Positions 49,256-60,920 of a stretch of DNA of 64,000 bases are shown here, one piece after another. Source of the stretch: Squalus acanthias (Eukaryota); contig CM059431.1 in assembly GCA_030390025.1 (NCBI GenBank), positions 113,772,001-113,836,000 of the forward strand, read 5' to 3'. Made by a program: the position numbers and the translations under genes. Each line of letters starts with the position of its first letter. Within the stretch, counting starts at the first letter, position 1. The notes beneath the pieces are model-generated. The model did no database searches and was not told where the DNA came from. It worked only from the letters and a program-made list of their open reading frames with translations.

Positions 49256-50500
49256 AATTATTTGCATTTTTTCAATAAATTAAATCCAGGTTCAAGTAAA
49301 ACCCCCTGCTGCAATGCCATCTAGGGGTACATACATGGCAGTCCAACAAAATGTCCTTTCTGAGGTTTGATTCTAATTTCTTACTGTAAGTGATGGAATA
49401 CTTTCACAGGTACCTGGTTTGAATCTTGAAGTAGTCATTTGTGTGGGCCTGCTGTTTCTCTATGCCTTCGGAAAGCTACAGTTGAAAGCAGCAGTCTAAC
49501 TCATCAAAAAAAGCATGGGGATGACACCCATCAAGTTGAGCAGCTGAGGCAGGGATTCAGATGCATAAACATGTTTGAATACTTGAAGCAATTGGTAGGA
49601 AGGATTCTCTTTAGATTAGCTTTCTTACTATAACACAAGCTTACATGAACTGAGACCAAAGGTACACTGTTTATTTTAAGATAAGTTAACACTATTCATC
49701 AGAATTTTTAAACTTAGTAATATCTAAATGTCAAATGAAATGTCAACGTGTGTAGGGAGGAGCATTTATAATGTCTTTACTTACCCGGTTATGTAGTCTG
49801 CAGTGTTCGTGTAGTAACATGACACTACTTGTAGAGAATTATTATCTTCTAAAAGTTTTGCCCATAGCTGGTCACCATCTCACAGCAGCAGATGCACAGC
49901 GAACGTGCTCCATGGCCACAGGCAAGGGATTCTCATGGAGCCTATACCCTAGCCACCACTGAGTGCAACATCTGTTGTCTTATTTACAGAGCAATTGTGA
50001 GCCATCATTTTTTTAATAAAAGCAGTCCCTGCCAAGTTTTACTGTCAAACAGAAAAATTCAGCAGGGATTGCTTTAAAAAAAAAAATGAAAATTATGCCA
50101 GTTTTCAATGGGCCTGTAAACAGATCAGCCATAAAGCACTCAAGTGCGGCACATGGACTTGCTGGGGAGAATGGCCCTGCCTGTCTTCAGCCAAGGCTGT
50201 GGGCATCAAATCTGTTTCCATGAAGCGTTGGTCTTTCATGGAGGAGCATTTCAGAACAAGATTTATTCCTCATTAGCAATTCAGAAAGATTATCCACAAG
50301 CAATTGAGAGCTAGATTAGTGCCCGATATTTTAAAACTTTAGGCCCGACAAGTTGGGCTGCAATGGGCCTGTATATTCTTATGTATTAGTGTATTTCATA
50401 ACTATCTTTACATATATTTTCTAGTTAAATTAATGCACAAACAACCGGCATTCTCATTTAAAACTAATGTTCTAATGAAAATTCATCGACCTGAAACATT

Positions 50501-52271
50501 GGGCTGGATTTTACCAACCTCGGCGGGTTCGTGGCGGGTGACGTCGGTGGCAGGTCCCGCCCTCGCTGCTGGCTCCAGCCCGCTGTCCAAAATGATTGTC
50601 TGATGATTGGGCTTGTTAAGCCCCGCCCAGCGCGTTTCCCGGTCAATTGAAGGAAGTGGGTCTGATGACGTCAATTGATGACGTGTCATCAGCCAGTTTC
50701 CTTAAAGGGACCATGCGCAAATTGATTTTGACATTTGTGCTGTCAGTGTTCTACAGCATTGAGGTGCTGCAAATACTGACAAGCACTGCACAGATGTGCA
50801 CGGCTGCACCCAGGCTCTCCCATGATTCCCTCCATATGTTTATGGAGGGAGTCGCAGCACGCAGGGAGGTCCTCTTCCTTTCCAATGGGCGGAAGAGAAC
50901 CTCCCCAGGAGATCAAAGCAGCCTGGTTGCACATTGCACAGGAGGGCACAAGCAGGGATGTCATCAGGAGGACCAGGCTGCAGTGGTGTAAACCTTTCAA
51001 TGATCTCAGTAGATCGCGAAATGTTAGTACAAAGCCACACTCACCTTCACCCTGCTGTGCCTCTCATCACATCCCTATCACTCTGCCTTCCCTACCCTAC
51101 TCCTGCACATCCTTACTCACACCAACTTACCTTGTACCTCCACCCATCCCTCTCTATCTACATTATCACTTCCCCCTCTCACTAGCCACCCCTCACACTC
51201 ACCCTCATCCTTGTCCAACCATTCAAACTAACAACACACAAGGTTAGGCAATATTCATGTAAAGGTTCTGTTCATGTGGTGTCAAACATTGAAATCTTTA
51301 TTTTGAACACTTTGCGTTCTTGGACAGATTTGTGTGCACCTTTGGAAGTGGCTTAGTGAGTTGCACTGAATGGTGAGACATAACGGTACACCCCGCAACG
51401 GTGATGAGTGTGAAAGGAATGGCTTGGGCATTGTAGCGATGCTTTATGGTGTTGGTGTGGGGTGGTGCCAACTTGGGACATTATGTGGCAGCCAGGGTGT
51501 ACAGCATCAAGTGAATTAAATCTGGCCATGGTGAGGCCATCCCTGGTCTCCCGGGCAGCAATGTGGTTGGGTACTGATGTCCTGTGTCCTGTGCAGATTC
51601 AGTTGATTGCGGAGAAGGTTGGTGTTGTTGTTGGTGCTGCTGGTGTGCCTGGTGCTGCTGGTGTTGGGGCTGATCGTGGTGGGATTCTGAGGACCAAGTT
51701 GAGATAGTTTCAAGGGCACCGATGCTGATGGAATAGATGGCAGGTGAGGTTGAGATGACAGAAGCAATCTGTCAATGGTGAGAGAGGTTGTTTCAATGAG
51801 GTGACACTGGATAGAGAGTTTGCTCCAAACACTTGCAACCTGCATAAAGCTCAATCTGTCTTCCAAATACAGTAAGCAACAGCTTCTGAGCTTGGAAAGT
51901 GAACAGCTCTGAGATGGGAGCTTTTATAGCACATTTGCAGCTGTCAAGTAATGAGATGATTTCATGGTCATACAACTCCCGCCCTGCTTACCTTATGTGA
52001 TCCCCGAGCAGCGTGGACCCTGTGGGCGACCTGGTAAACACTGAAGGTGAGCTGAAAATAGTTCTTAATGCTCTGCTAACAAGGTCATAATGACCTTAAT
52101 TGCTGCCCTCGCCGCTGCATGTCGGGTCTGCTTAACGCTGACCGGTCCGACATTTGGGAAGGTGCGTGGTGGCGGGTTGACAGTGGGGTTCTGCCCCAGT
52201 GTCAAAAAAATGCACTTTGCCACCCGACCCACCACTGATCGTGCCTGCTGACCCCCCGGAAAATTCCCCCC
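50501..52271 (+). mobile_element. 1.7-kb Harbinger internal-deletion derivative, copy B, inserted in a Penelope-type terminal repeat
   Basis: Colinear with 10536-12253; flanks 50468-50500 and 52272-52343 rejoin as ...gacctgaaac[a/g]ttaactctgtttctc; TSD att/gtt. Confidence 0.88.
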
Positions 52272-52838
52272 GTTAACTCTGTTTCTCTCACCACAGATGC
52301 TGCCTAACCTGCTGAGGATTTCTAGCATTTTCAGTTTTTATTTCTTCATGTTACCTTTTTGATCATTGTGGCAAGAAGTAAAACTTAAAAGTGTGATTAT
52401 TGTATTGTCCTACGATCAGCTTCCCCAATGTCTCAATTGATAACTATACTGTCCAGTTTCGAAATGTGGCATAAAAACTACAAAAGACCCAGGTTCACGC
52501 CCTATTCTGTAATGAACTAGCTGATCTCAGCTAGGACAACCCCTGGGTTAGAGAGGAAAAGAATCACCCTGGACTCCCTCTCCAAATCTCCATCTCTATG
52601 GTGCGACGCCATCCAATTTCGAGCCAACTATCTATACTCACACATGAAGAACCGTCACTTGGAACAGGTATTGGTGGTGGCTTCTGCCCTTGGTCTCTAC
52701 ACCAGCAAGAACTCAACACCCTCAGGAGAGTGACTCTTGCTGGATAATATGGAAATGCCAAAGTTGAGTAATGCATTTGCAAATATTGGGTAAAGGCAGA
52801 ATTGAACTTGGCTGTAATACCCTTCAAAAACCATCACT

Positions 52839-53788
52839 GGCCTAGAAATTGGTTCACAGCGGCCTTCTGGCGCAAACTGGGCCCTTGGGACGATCCTTGC
52901 TCAGGAACAGGTAGGCCCCAGGCTCATCCAATATTGGGCCTTCGACCTCATTTACAGAAGACTGGCGAGCTGTAGACACCTGCTGGGCATCCCCAGGCAG
53001 CTCAGCAGCAAGGCGGTTTCAATATTGCAGCGGCCCTCAGGTAGGTGCTTGGAAGCGAGAGGAATCAGTAGAGAGAGGGACAATCAGGAGAGGGTGGGGG
53101 GGGGGTGATCCACAGTGAGGGATGCAATCGGGAAAGGGAGGGTGGGGTGGCGATCTGGAGAGAGAGGGGCTGGTTGGGAGAGAAAGGGGCGATTGGAAGA
53201 GAGGAGAATGATTGGGAGTGTGAAGGGGGTGTTTGGGAGAGGACGGGGTAGCGATCGGAAGAGGAAGGGAGCAATTCGGAGAGAGGGGGGCGATCGGAAG
53301 AGAAGGGGGCGATTGGAAGAGAGGAGAACGATTGGGAGAGAAGGGGTAATTAGGAGGGAGAGGTAACGATCAGGAGAGAGGGGGACGATCAGGAGAGGGC
53401 CGAGTAAGGGGTCGGCAATGGTCTTCAGCACTGCGGTGGAGCTGGGTGGAGCACGCCTGCTCCTCCCAGCTCCACACTCAGCTAAGTATTTTTTGTATTG
53501 GCGGCCTCCAGCGGTTCCATTAAGGACGGACGCTGGTTAGGTCGCATGTTTACCACGTTTTTCAGGGCAGCCCAATTTTGCAAAGGAGCCTCAAACAAGC
53601 ATTAGGCAAAGGGCCTAACGTCTGTTTCAAGCACGAGCCATTGACGTCTCTTTTCCTGCCTTTACCAATATGGCCGGCAGAGCACTTCCAGGCTGTAATG
53701 GGCACGCATTCTTCCCGCCATATGGGATGCTTAGGCAGCCGATTTTGCGCCTGAAAAAAGGGTGCAATGCCATCGAATGTCTAGGGCA
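52839..53788. mobile_element. Harbinger-type MITE with an internal purine-rich tandem repeat (53065-53400)
   Basis: Ends ggcctagaaatt / aatgtctagggc; gcgatcggaagagaagggg-like units. Confidence 0.6.
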
Positions 53789-54189
53789 CTGGCTTTACTC
53801 ACACATGAAGAACAGTCACTTGGAAGAGGTATTGGCGATGGCTTGTGCCCTTGGCCTCTACACCAGCAAGGAGTCAACACCTTCAGCAGAGGAAGCATGA
53901 AAAAAATCAATAATCAGCAAAATTAAAATGTTTTTAAACTAAGGAGGATTTGAAAATTTCCTTATTAAAATATAATTGATAAAATTTAATGCATTGCATT
54001 TTCATTTAAATGGGAACTTATTAAATATAATTTGTCGTACACCAAGTTATGAAGGATAAATTGAAATACAGTTGTTACTTTCTCATTCATTTATCTACTT
54101 AAAGTACAGTACCAACAGATTAGTGGACAGTAACCAATGGAGTTTATGGGAAAAAAAGCATTCTGTTGAATTGTTTACGGCTATTTTTT

Positions 54190-54845
54190 TCTAGGCTTAC
54201 TGTAGAAGTAGCCCATTCCTGTTACTGGAGGCTGATTTGCAGTAAGGTTTCTACAGTAATGGTCCTGTATCTATTACTGGAAACTGATTTACTGTGGGGT
54301 TGCTATAGGCAGAGTTTGATATTGATTACAGGAGGCTGATTTACCATTCGGTTACTACAGGAATAATACTTTACCTACTACTGGAGACTGACTTACTATA
54401 AATTTATTACAGCAGTAATCCTCTACCTATTACTGGCAACAAAAGTTACTGTAAGATTACAACAATAGACCTTTACTCCTTTAAAGTTTTAGTGGGGACA
54501 CACAGGAGTAGTCCTATATGTCATATTGTAAATGGAATTACTCCAAGATTACTATAGGAATAGGCCTGTGTCTATTGCTAGGGACAGATGTATTAGCATT
54601 ACTATAACAGTAGCTTTGTTTACATGACTGCATATATTACTTGGAGTTGATCATAGTAGTGTTGCTAGAGGAGTAGGCTCATATCTATTCTTGGAGATAG
54701 TTCTACTGTAAGGTTACCACAGAAGTAGTCTTGTATCTGGTACTGTTGGCTGGGTTACTCAAAGGATGCTCACAGGTACTGTCGTGTATCTATTATACTC
54801 TTATATACTGTTACTACTGGAATAGTCTTATATCTATCACTGGAG
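54190..54845. repeat. Degenerate 52-bp minisatellite
   Basis: attactgg-type anchors at 54221, 54273, 54325, 54377, 54429. Confidence 0.8.
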
Positions 54846-54894
54846 TTTAATTTCTTTTCATTTGTTCTCGGGCTGTAGTTCTTCTGTTGATGGT

Positions 54895-56185
54895 CCTTCA
54901 ATGATGATGTTACATAAGGCATTCCAAGATATTGACCCAGTAACGATAAAGGAAAGGTAATATATATGTCTAATTCAGGATGGTGTGTAACTTGGAGGGG
55001 AACTTGGAGGTGGTGGTGTTCCCACAACATTGCTTCTCTTATCCTTCTTGATGGTAGAGGTCACAGAGGAGGGAGGTGCTGTCAAAGTAATCTTGATGAG
55101 TTAATGCAGTACATCTTATAGCTAATACATATTGCAGCCACAGAGTTCCATTGATGCAGGAGGTGGATAATTCCAATTGCACAGGTATCAATCAAACAAA
55201 CAGGCCTATCCTGGATGGTGTTGTGCTTCTCCAGTGTTGTAATTGCACCCATCCAGGAAAGTAGTGGGTATTTCACTATACTCCTTATTTGAACTTTATA
55301 GATGGTGGAGATGCTTGAGGGGTCAGGAGGTGGGCCACTCATTCGAGTACCCAGCCTCCACTCTGCTCTTGTAGCCACAGTGCTGATACGCAAGGATTAG
55401 CATCCCCAAGGAAGTCCTGCAGCAATATACTGGGACTGTGATGATTGGCCTCCAACAACCATGACCATCTTTTTGGGGAAAGGCGGGGGAATGGGACTAC
55501 CTGGATTGCTCTACGAAAGAGCCAGTGCAGACTCAATGGGCTGAATGGCCTCCTTCTGTGCTGTATTATTCTATGATTCTAGTTACGTTTCTAGTCAATT
55601 GTGATTTCCTAAGAGGTTGATGATGGAAGATACAGTGATGGTGGTGCTATTCAGTTTCAGGGGGTAATGGCCATGCTTTCTGCTGTTCAAAATGGTAATT
55701 ATCTGGCACTTAAATGGCATAAATGTTACCTACCACTTCTCAGCCCAAGCCTAGATGTTGTCCAAGTCCTGCTTTGTTTTCCGAGTAGTTGTCAATGGAG
55801 CTGAACACTGGAATCATCAGCGAACACCCCCACACTTGACCTTGTGATAGAGGTAAGGTCATTGATGGGCCGAGGAGGCATCCCCAAGGAACTCCTACAG
55901 CAATATACTGGGGCTGTGATGATTGGCCTCCAACAACCATGACCATCTTCCAGTATGTCAGGTTTAACTCAAGCCACTGGAGTAGGTGTCACTTGATAGC
56001 TCTATTAATGACTCCATCCATCACTTTACACACGATGGGGAGGATGCTGATAGGGCAGTAATTGGTCGGATTAGATTTATTCTGTTTTTTTGTGGATAAG
56101 ACATATGTGCACACATTATTGGGTAGATGCCAGCATCATAGCTGTACTGGAACAGCTTGGCTAGTGGAGCAGTGAGCACTGGTGA
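54895..56185 (-). mobile_element. Decayed LINE RT/3' fragments of the family at 56649-57814
   Basis: PLAKLFQYSY..GIYP, VVVGGQSSQ....GVP.G.LLGP; 54950-55020 is the reverse complement of 57575-57645. Confidence 0.75.
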
Positions 56186-56428
56186 AAGGGAGCAGCACTT
56201 TATTGTGGCAGGGAACATTTTTGCAGCACCTACAGCAGCAAGGAGATCAAACATTAGAAGCCTTTAAGCTTCAAAACACATAAACGACTGCAGTAAAAAT
56301 TATTTGTCAAACCTGCTTTCAGCTTTCAAACAAAAGCAAAATACTGTGGTAGCTTGAAATCTGAACTAAAAAAGAGAATGCTGGAAATGTTCAGCTGATC
56401 AGGCAGCATCTGTGGAAAGAGAAACAGA

Positions 56429-58300
56429 GGCCCCAATATTTACGGGGAGGCGGAGAGGGTGCAAGAGAGCGCTGGGAAAACCCAGCAAGGCAGGGGACAT
56501 GGAGGTCCTGCTGAATTTAACGGCAGGACCTCATTATAAGTTTTTGTTTCCATTTCCTGCCCGGCAGCCGGCCAAATTGACAGGCTGGCTGGCTGCCGGG
56601 CAGGGAAACCAATGGCAGGAGGCAATCTGAAAGAAGGGAGGGAGGGGTACGGTAGCATAGTGGTTATGTCACTGGACTAGGAATCCAGCGGCCTGGTACT
56701 AATGATCTAGAGATGTGAGTTCAAATCCCACCCCAACAGCTGGGGAATTTAAATTGAGTTAATTAAATAAATCTGGAATAAAAAGCTAGTAACAGTGACC
56801 ATGAAACTACCGGATTGTCGTAAAAACCCATCTGGTTCACTAATGTGCTTTAGGGAAGGAAATCTACTATCCTCACCTGGTCTAGCCTATTTGTGACTCC
56901 AGACATACAGCAATGTGGCTGACTCTTAACTGCCCTCTGAAATGACCTAGCAAGTCACTCCTTTGTATCGAACTGCTACGAAAAACAATAATAAGAATAA
57001 AACCAGACGGACCACCCGGCATCGACCTCGGCACCAGATTCAGACACGACAAAGGCCCAGTCGGCCCTGCAAAGTCCTCCTCATTTAAAATCTTGTGCCA
57101 AAATTGGGAGAGCTGTCCCACAGACTAGTCGAGCAACAGCCTGACATAAGTCAGACTCGCAGAATCATACCTTTCAGCCAAAGTCCTAGACTACTCCATC
57201 ACTATCCCACTGGCAGGACAGACCCACCAGAGATGGCAGCACAGTGGTATACAGTCAGGAGGGAGTGGCCCTGGGAATCCTCAACATTGGTTCTGGTCAA
57301 ACATGGTCAAGGAAACCTACTGCTGATTACCACTTACCGCCCTCCCTCAGCTGATGAACCAGTACTCCTCCATGATTAACACCACTTGGAAGAAGCACTG
57401 AGGGTAGCAAGGACAGAGAATGTACTCTGGGTGGGGGACTTCAATCACCATCACCGAGTGGCTCGGTGGCACCAATGCTGGCCGAGTCCTGAAGGACATG
57501 CTGCCTGAACTGGGCCTGCAGCAGGTGGTGAGAGAACCAACATGAGGGGAAAAACCTATTTGACCTCATTCTCACCACCACCACCTCTAAGTTCGCCTGC
57601 AAGTTACACACCATCCTGACTTGGAAATATATCACCGTTCCTTCATTGTCGCTGTGTCAAAATCCTGGAACTCCCCCCCTAACAGCACTGTGGGAGTACC
57701 TTCACTGCACGGACTGCAGCGGTTCAAGAAGGTGTCTCAAGGGCAATTAGGGATGGGCAATAAATGCTGGCCTTGCCAGCGATGCCCACATCTTGTGAAT
57801 GAATAAAAAAAAAACAGGGCTTTCTAGTGGGTGGGGAGAATAGAATGGCAATCGGAAGGAAGGGAGCGAGAGATTGGGGCATGGTCGGAGGGAGGTTGGC
57901 GATTGCGGTCAGGGGGAGAAAGTGCCATGATCAGGAGAGGGGAGGCCAAAGACTTCTTTAAGGGGCTGGGGGGGGAGCAGTCCTGCTCGTCCTGGCCTAC
58001 AGGGAGTGCTGCAAAAGGCACTTACCTTGTGGAGTCGGCTGCTCCTGCCTCCCCTTCACTGCTGGGTTTCTCAACCCTGGGAAACCCGGCCGACAACTGC
58101 TAAATTTAAATCAGTCTCCCAATTGCACTTTGGGAGCCTGATTTAAATATGTTAATGAAGTGTCCCGCCTCACTCGCACGCTGTAAAAATGGCGACAGGC
58201 GTGCACGTGTTGGGGACGTAATCCCTGTTTTAACATTTTTAACCCACCCACAACCCTCTCCTGCCATTCTTGGGGGTGGGGCAGGTTTAATATCGAGGCC
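56429..58300. mobile_element. Harbinger-type MITE hosting the tRNA-headed retroelement, itself inserted in a Penelope-type repeat
   Basis: TIRs ggccccaatattta / ttaatatcgaggcc. Confidence 0.7.
56649..57814 (+). mobile_element. tRNA/SINE-headed, internally deleted LINE with AP-endonuclease remnant
   Basis: A box tagcatagtgg, B box gagttcaaatcc; LVPKLGELSHRL..QQPDI, YRPPS, WVGDFN, V.EPT.G.N..DLILT; LINE C-terminus (WNS.P), 3'UTR, poly(A). Confidence 0.8.
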
Positions 58301-58425
58301 AGCGTTAACTTTCCAGGTTAATGAGGGTTCTAATGAAAAGTCATCAACCTGATAGGTTAACTCTGTTTCTCTCTCACAGATGCTGCCTGACCTGTTGAGT
58401 GTTCCCAGCATTTTCTGTTTTGATT
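58301..58425 (+). mobile_element. Penelope-type terminal repeat with decayed hammerhead; inverted partner at 56335-56428
   Basis: ctaatgaaaagtcatcaacctgata-ggttaactctgtttctctctcacagatgctgcc. Confidence 0.7.
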
Positions 58426-59243
58426 GCTACTTTCAGCATTCCGTGACTGCTGCTAAGGACGTCTTCAAAGTATGCTCAAAATGGCAGCCACCCGACTTCT
58501 CCTGGCCATGGTTGGTAGGAGCAGGAACTAGCGATAGTAATGTTCCTCCTTCTTTCCGGTGGGACCTCTGGCTGCCAGGAGGTCCACCCAAAAAAACAGA
58601 AAAGGCGGCGGTTCAGTTTCTCACATGACTTTGGTTCCCTACTGCCCCGTTTCTAGGTACCAATGGGGCAGTAAGGAAGTGAAAAAGTGAAAATCACCCC
58701 TTTTGTCTTCACAAGGACTGTGCTGTGGTCACTTCTACTGCTACTATCATGGATAGACATGTCTGTGACAGGTAAAGAAAGAACTTGCATTTATATAGAG
58801 CTTTTCACGACCTCAGGACATCCCAAAGTGCTATACAGCCAATGAAGTAATTTGGAGGTGTAGTCATTGTTGTAATGTAGGTAGATTACTTCCTCATGTT
58901 CTCTCATCACCTGATCCAGATGCCATTCTGGCAGTTATGACCTTCTGGGAAATAGCTCAGTCAGTGGAGGCACTACCAAGCCACTCTTGGTACTAGCCCA
59001 TAAATTACCAAATTTATTAAACCCACTTTCACAAATTGAGGGATTTGAAACCATGACCTCTGGTTTGCCAATACCATGACCACTAGGTTACCGCACTCTA
59101 TCCATGCTATAGTACTACTACAGCACTGGTCCTGTACCCTTTACCGGAGGCTTGTACCATAGGGTGGTTGTAAAAGAATTCTCATATGAAGGCTTGACAT
59201 TTCTCTTTTTTGATGGAAACAGGAGCTAACTTTGCTTTCCTCC

Positions 59244-59590
59244 AACATAAGAAGTAAGGTATAGGAGCAGGAGTAGGCCATATGGCCCCTCGAGCCTGCT
59301 CTGCCATTCAATAAGATCTACCTCAACACATGCCCGCCCCATCCCTATATCCCTTTATTCCCTTAGTGTCCAAAAATCTATGATCTCTGTATTGAATATA
59401 CTCAACAACTGAGCATCCATAGCCCTCTGGGGTACAGAATTCCAAAGATTCACCACACTCTGAGTGAAGAAATTTCTCCTCATCTCAGTCCTAAATCCCT
59501 TATCCTGAGACTGTGACCCCAGTTCTAGACTCTCCAGCCAGGGGAAACAGCCTCTCAGCATCTACCCTGTCAATCCCTCTCAGAATCTTG
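59244..59590 (-). mobile_element. CR1 LINE 3' end
   Basis: FRTEMRRNFFTQSVVNLWNS; CR1 tail. Confidence 0.9.
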
Positions 59591-60198
59591 CGGCCTAGAA
59601 ATTGGTTTTCCCCCGATTAATTAGCAATGGATTAATTAACATTAATCCATTGCTAATAAAACCATGTTCTGCTTTCAAATGTATGATTCATGACAGTACC
59701 ATTTTGTTAGCCTCAATGAGAGAGTAGTAGCGAATCACAGCACAGCTGTAATAATGATCCTTTAATGCTCCTCAAGCAGCTAATGAGCCTGTTAACCAGT
59801 ATAAATGTCAAAAAGTTCGATAATCCAGCTGTGGAGTGCACAATTGTTGTCTGAACACCAACAGAGACAAAGTTGATTTAGCAGTGAGGCCCTGGAAGTG
59901 CAGTAATAGGCCGCCATAAAAGCATCTTTGGTGGGGGGAGCAGTATGCAAAAAAGGTAGGAAGTGTGGCAGTGCATTAGAGACAGGGTCAATGTTGTCTC
60001 CAACAGGCAGGCAAGGAGACACATAACATAAAGGAAAGCACTAAGGTAAAGCAGCAATATTATTGTAAGTAAGAGCACAGTACATAAATGGATGCAAAGG
60101 TAATTAGTTGTTGTTAATATATATGCAAAAAAAGCGTCATTGAGCAAAGAAAGATGTAGCAAGTAAGATATTACAAGTGAAAATAGCAGTGTTATAAT

Positions 60199-60920
60199 GG
60201 GCCAGAATTTACTGTAACCGGTGAACGAACAGCAACTGTCGTTAGTTAGACTTGCCCGTTTAATTTCCAGGAACCTTTTCACGGCAAGTTGCTGTAAGTG
60301 GGAGAGCAAAATGGCGCAGCGCCCTCTACAGGGCACCTGGGATCTGAGTGAACAAGACAAACAAATGTGTATCTCCTTAACCAATCAGATTGAAGAATTG
60401 TTAACGAGCACCCGCAGAATCTGAACCAGGAAGTTTAAGTTAGAATATTGAATTCAATGTCAAATCAGGTGCAGAAAGTAAAATAAAGAGAAAAAAAGAA
60501 AGATGGGATTAAGAGAGAGATAAAAGAGAGGAAGAAAAAGTTAAAAAAGAAATTTACATTTAAAAAGAAATCTCCAACAACAATTAAAACCTGAAGGAAT
60601 GAGACTTTACTAGTTAATTTTCAGTGCCAGTGAGGTTGTTTGGCAGTAATTAAGCCCTAACTTTTTGTGGTGAGTTTAGTTCGTATCTACAGTGCAAGTA
60701 CAGGAACTACACGCCATTCAATGCATTTCAATGGGGAACCAGATGGTGAGATTCTATTTTCGAGAAACTAATGGTGGAATGGCGTGTCTCAGACAGCAGC
60801 TTCCAGATTTTCACGTTTAACTGCACATTTGCCCTCGCTTTGAAGTTGCTGTGTGACTTGCGCATAGATAATGATGAACGCCGTTCGCCTCACCATTATT
60901 TTGAAAGTAAATTCTGGCCC
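60199..60920 (+). mobile_element. Harbinger-type MITE, intact ends
   Basis: Perfect 15-bp TIR gggccagaatttact; AAT TSD. Confidence 0.88.

Noticed and set aside
54190..54845. CRISPR-like array
   Set aside because: Eukaryotic context; whole units are degenerate copies with no unique spacers and no cas genes
59878..60384. 168-aa hydrophobic ORF
   Set aside because: Half is MITE sequence and the rest is antisense to an A-rich tract
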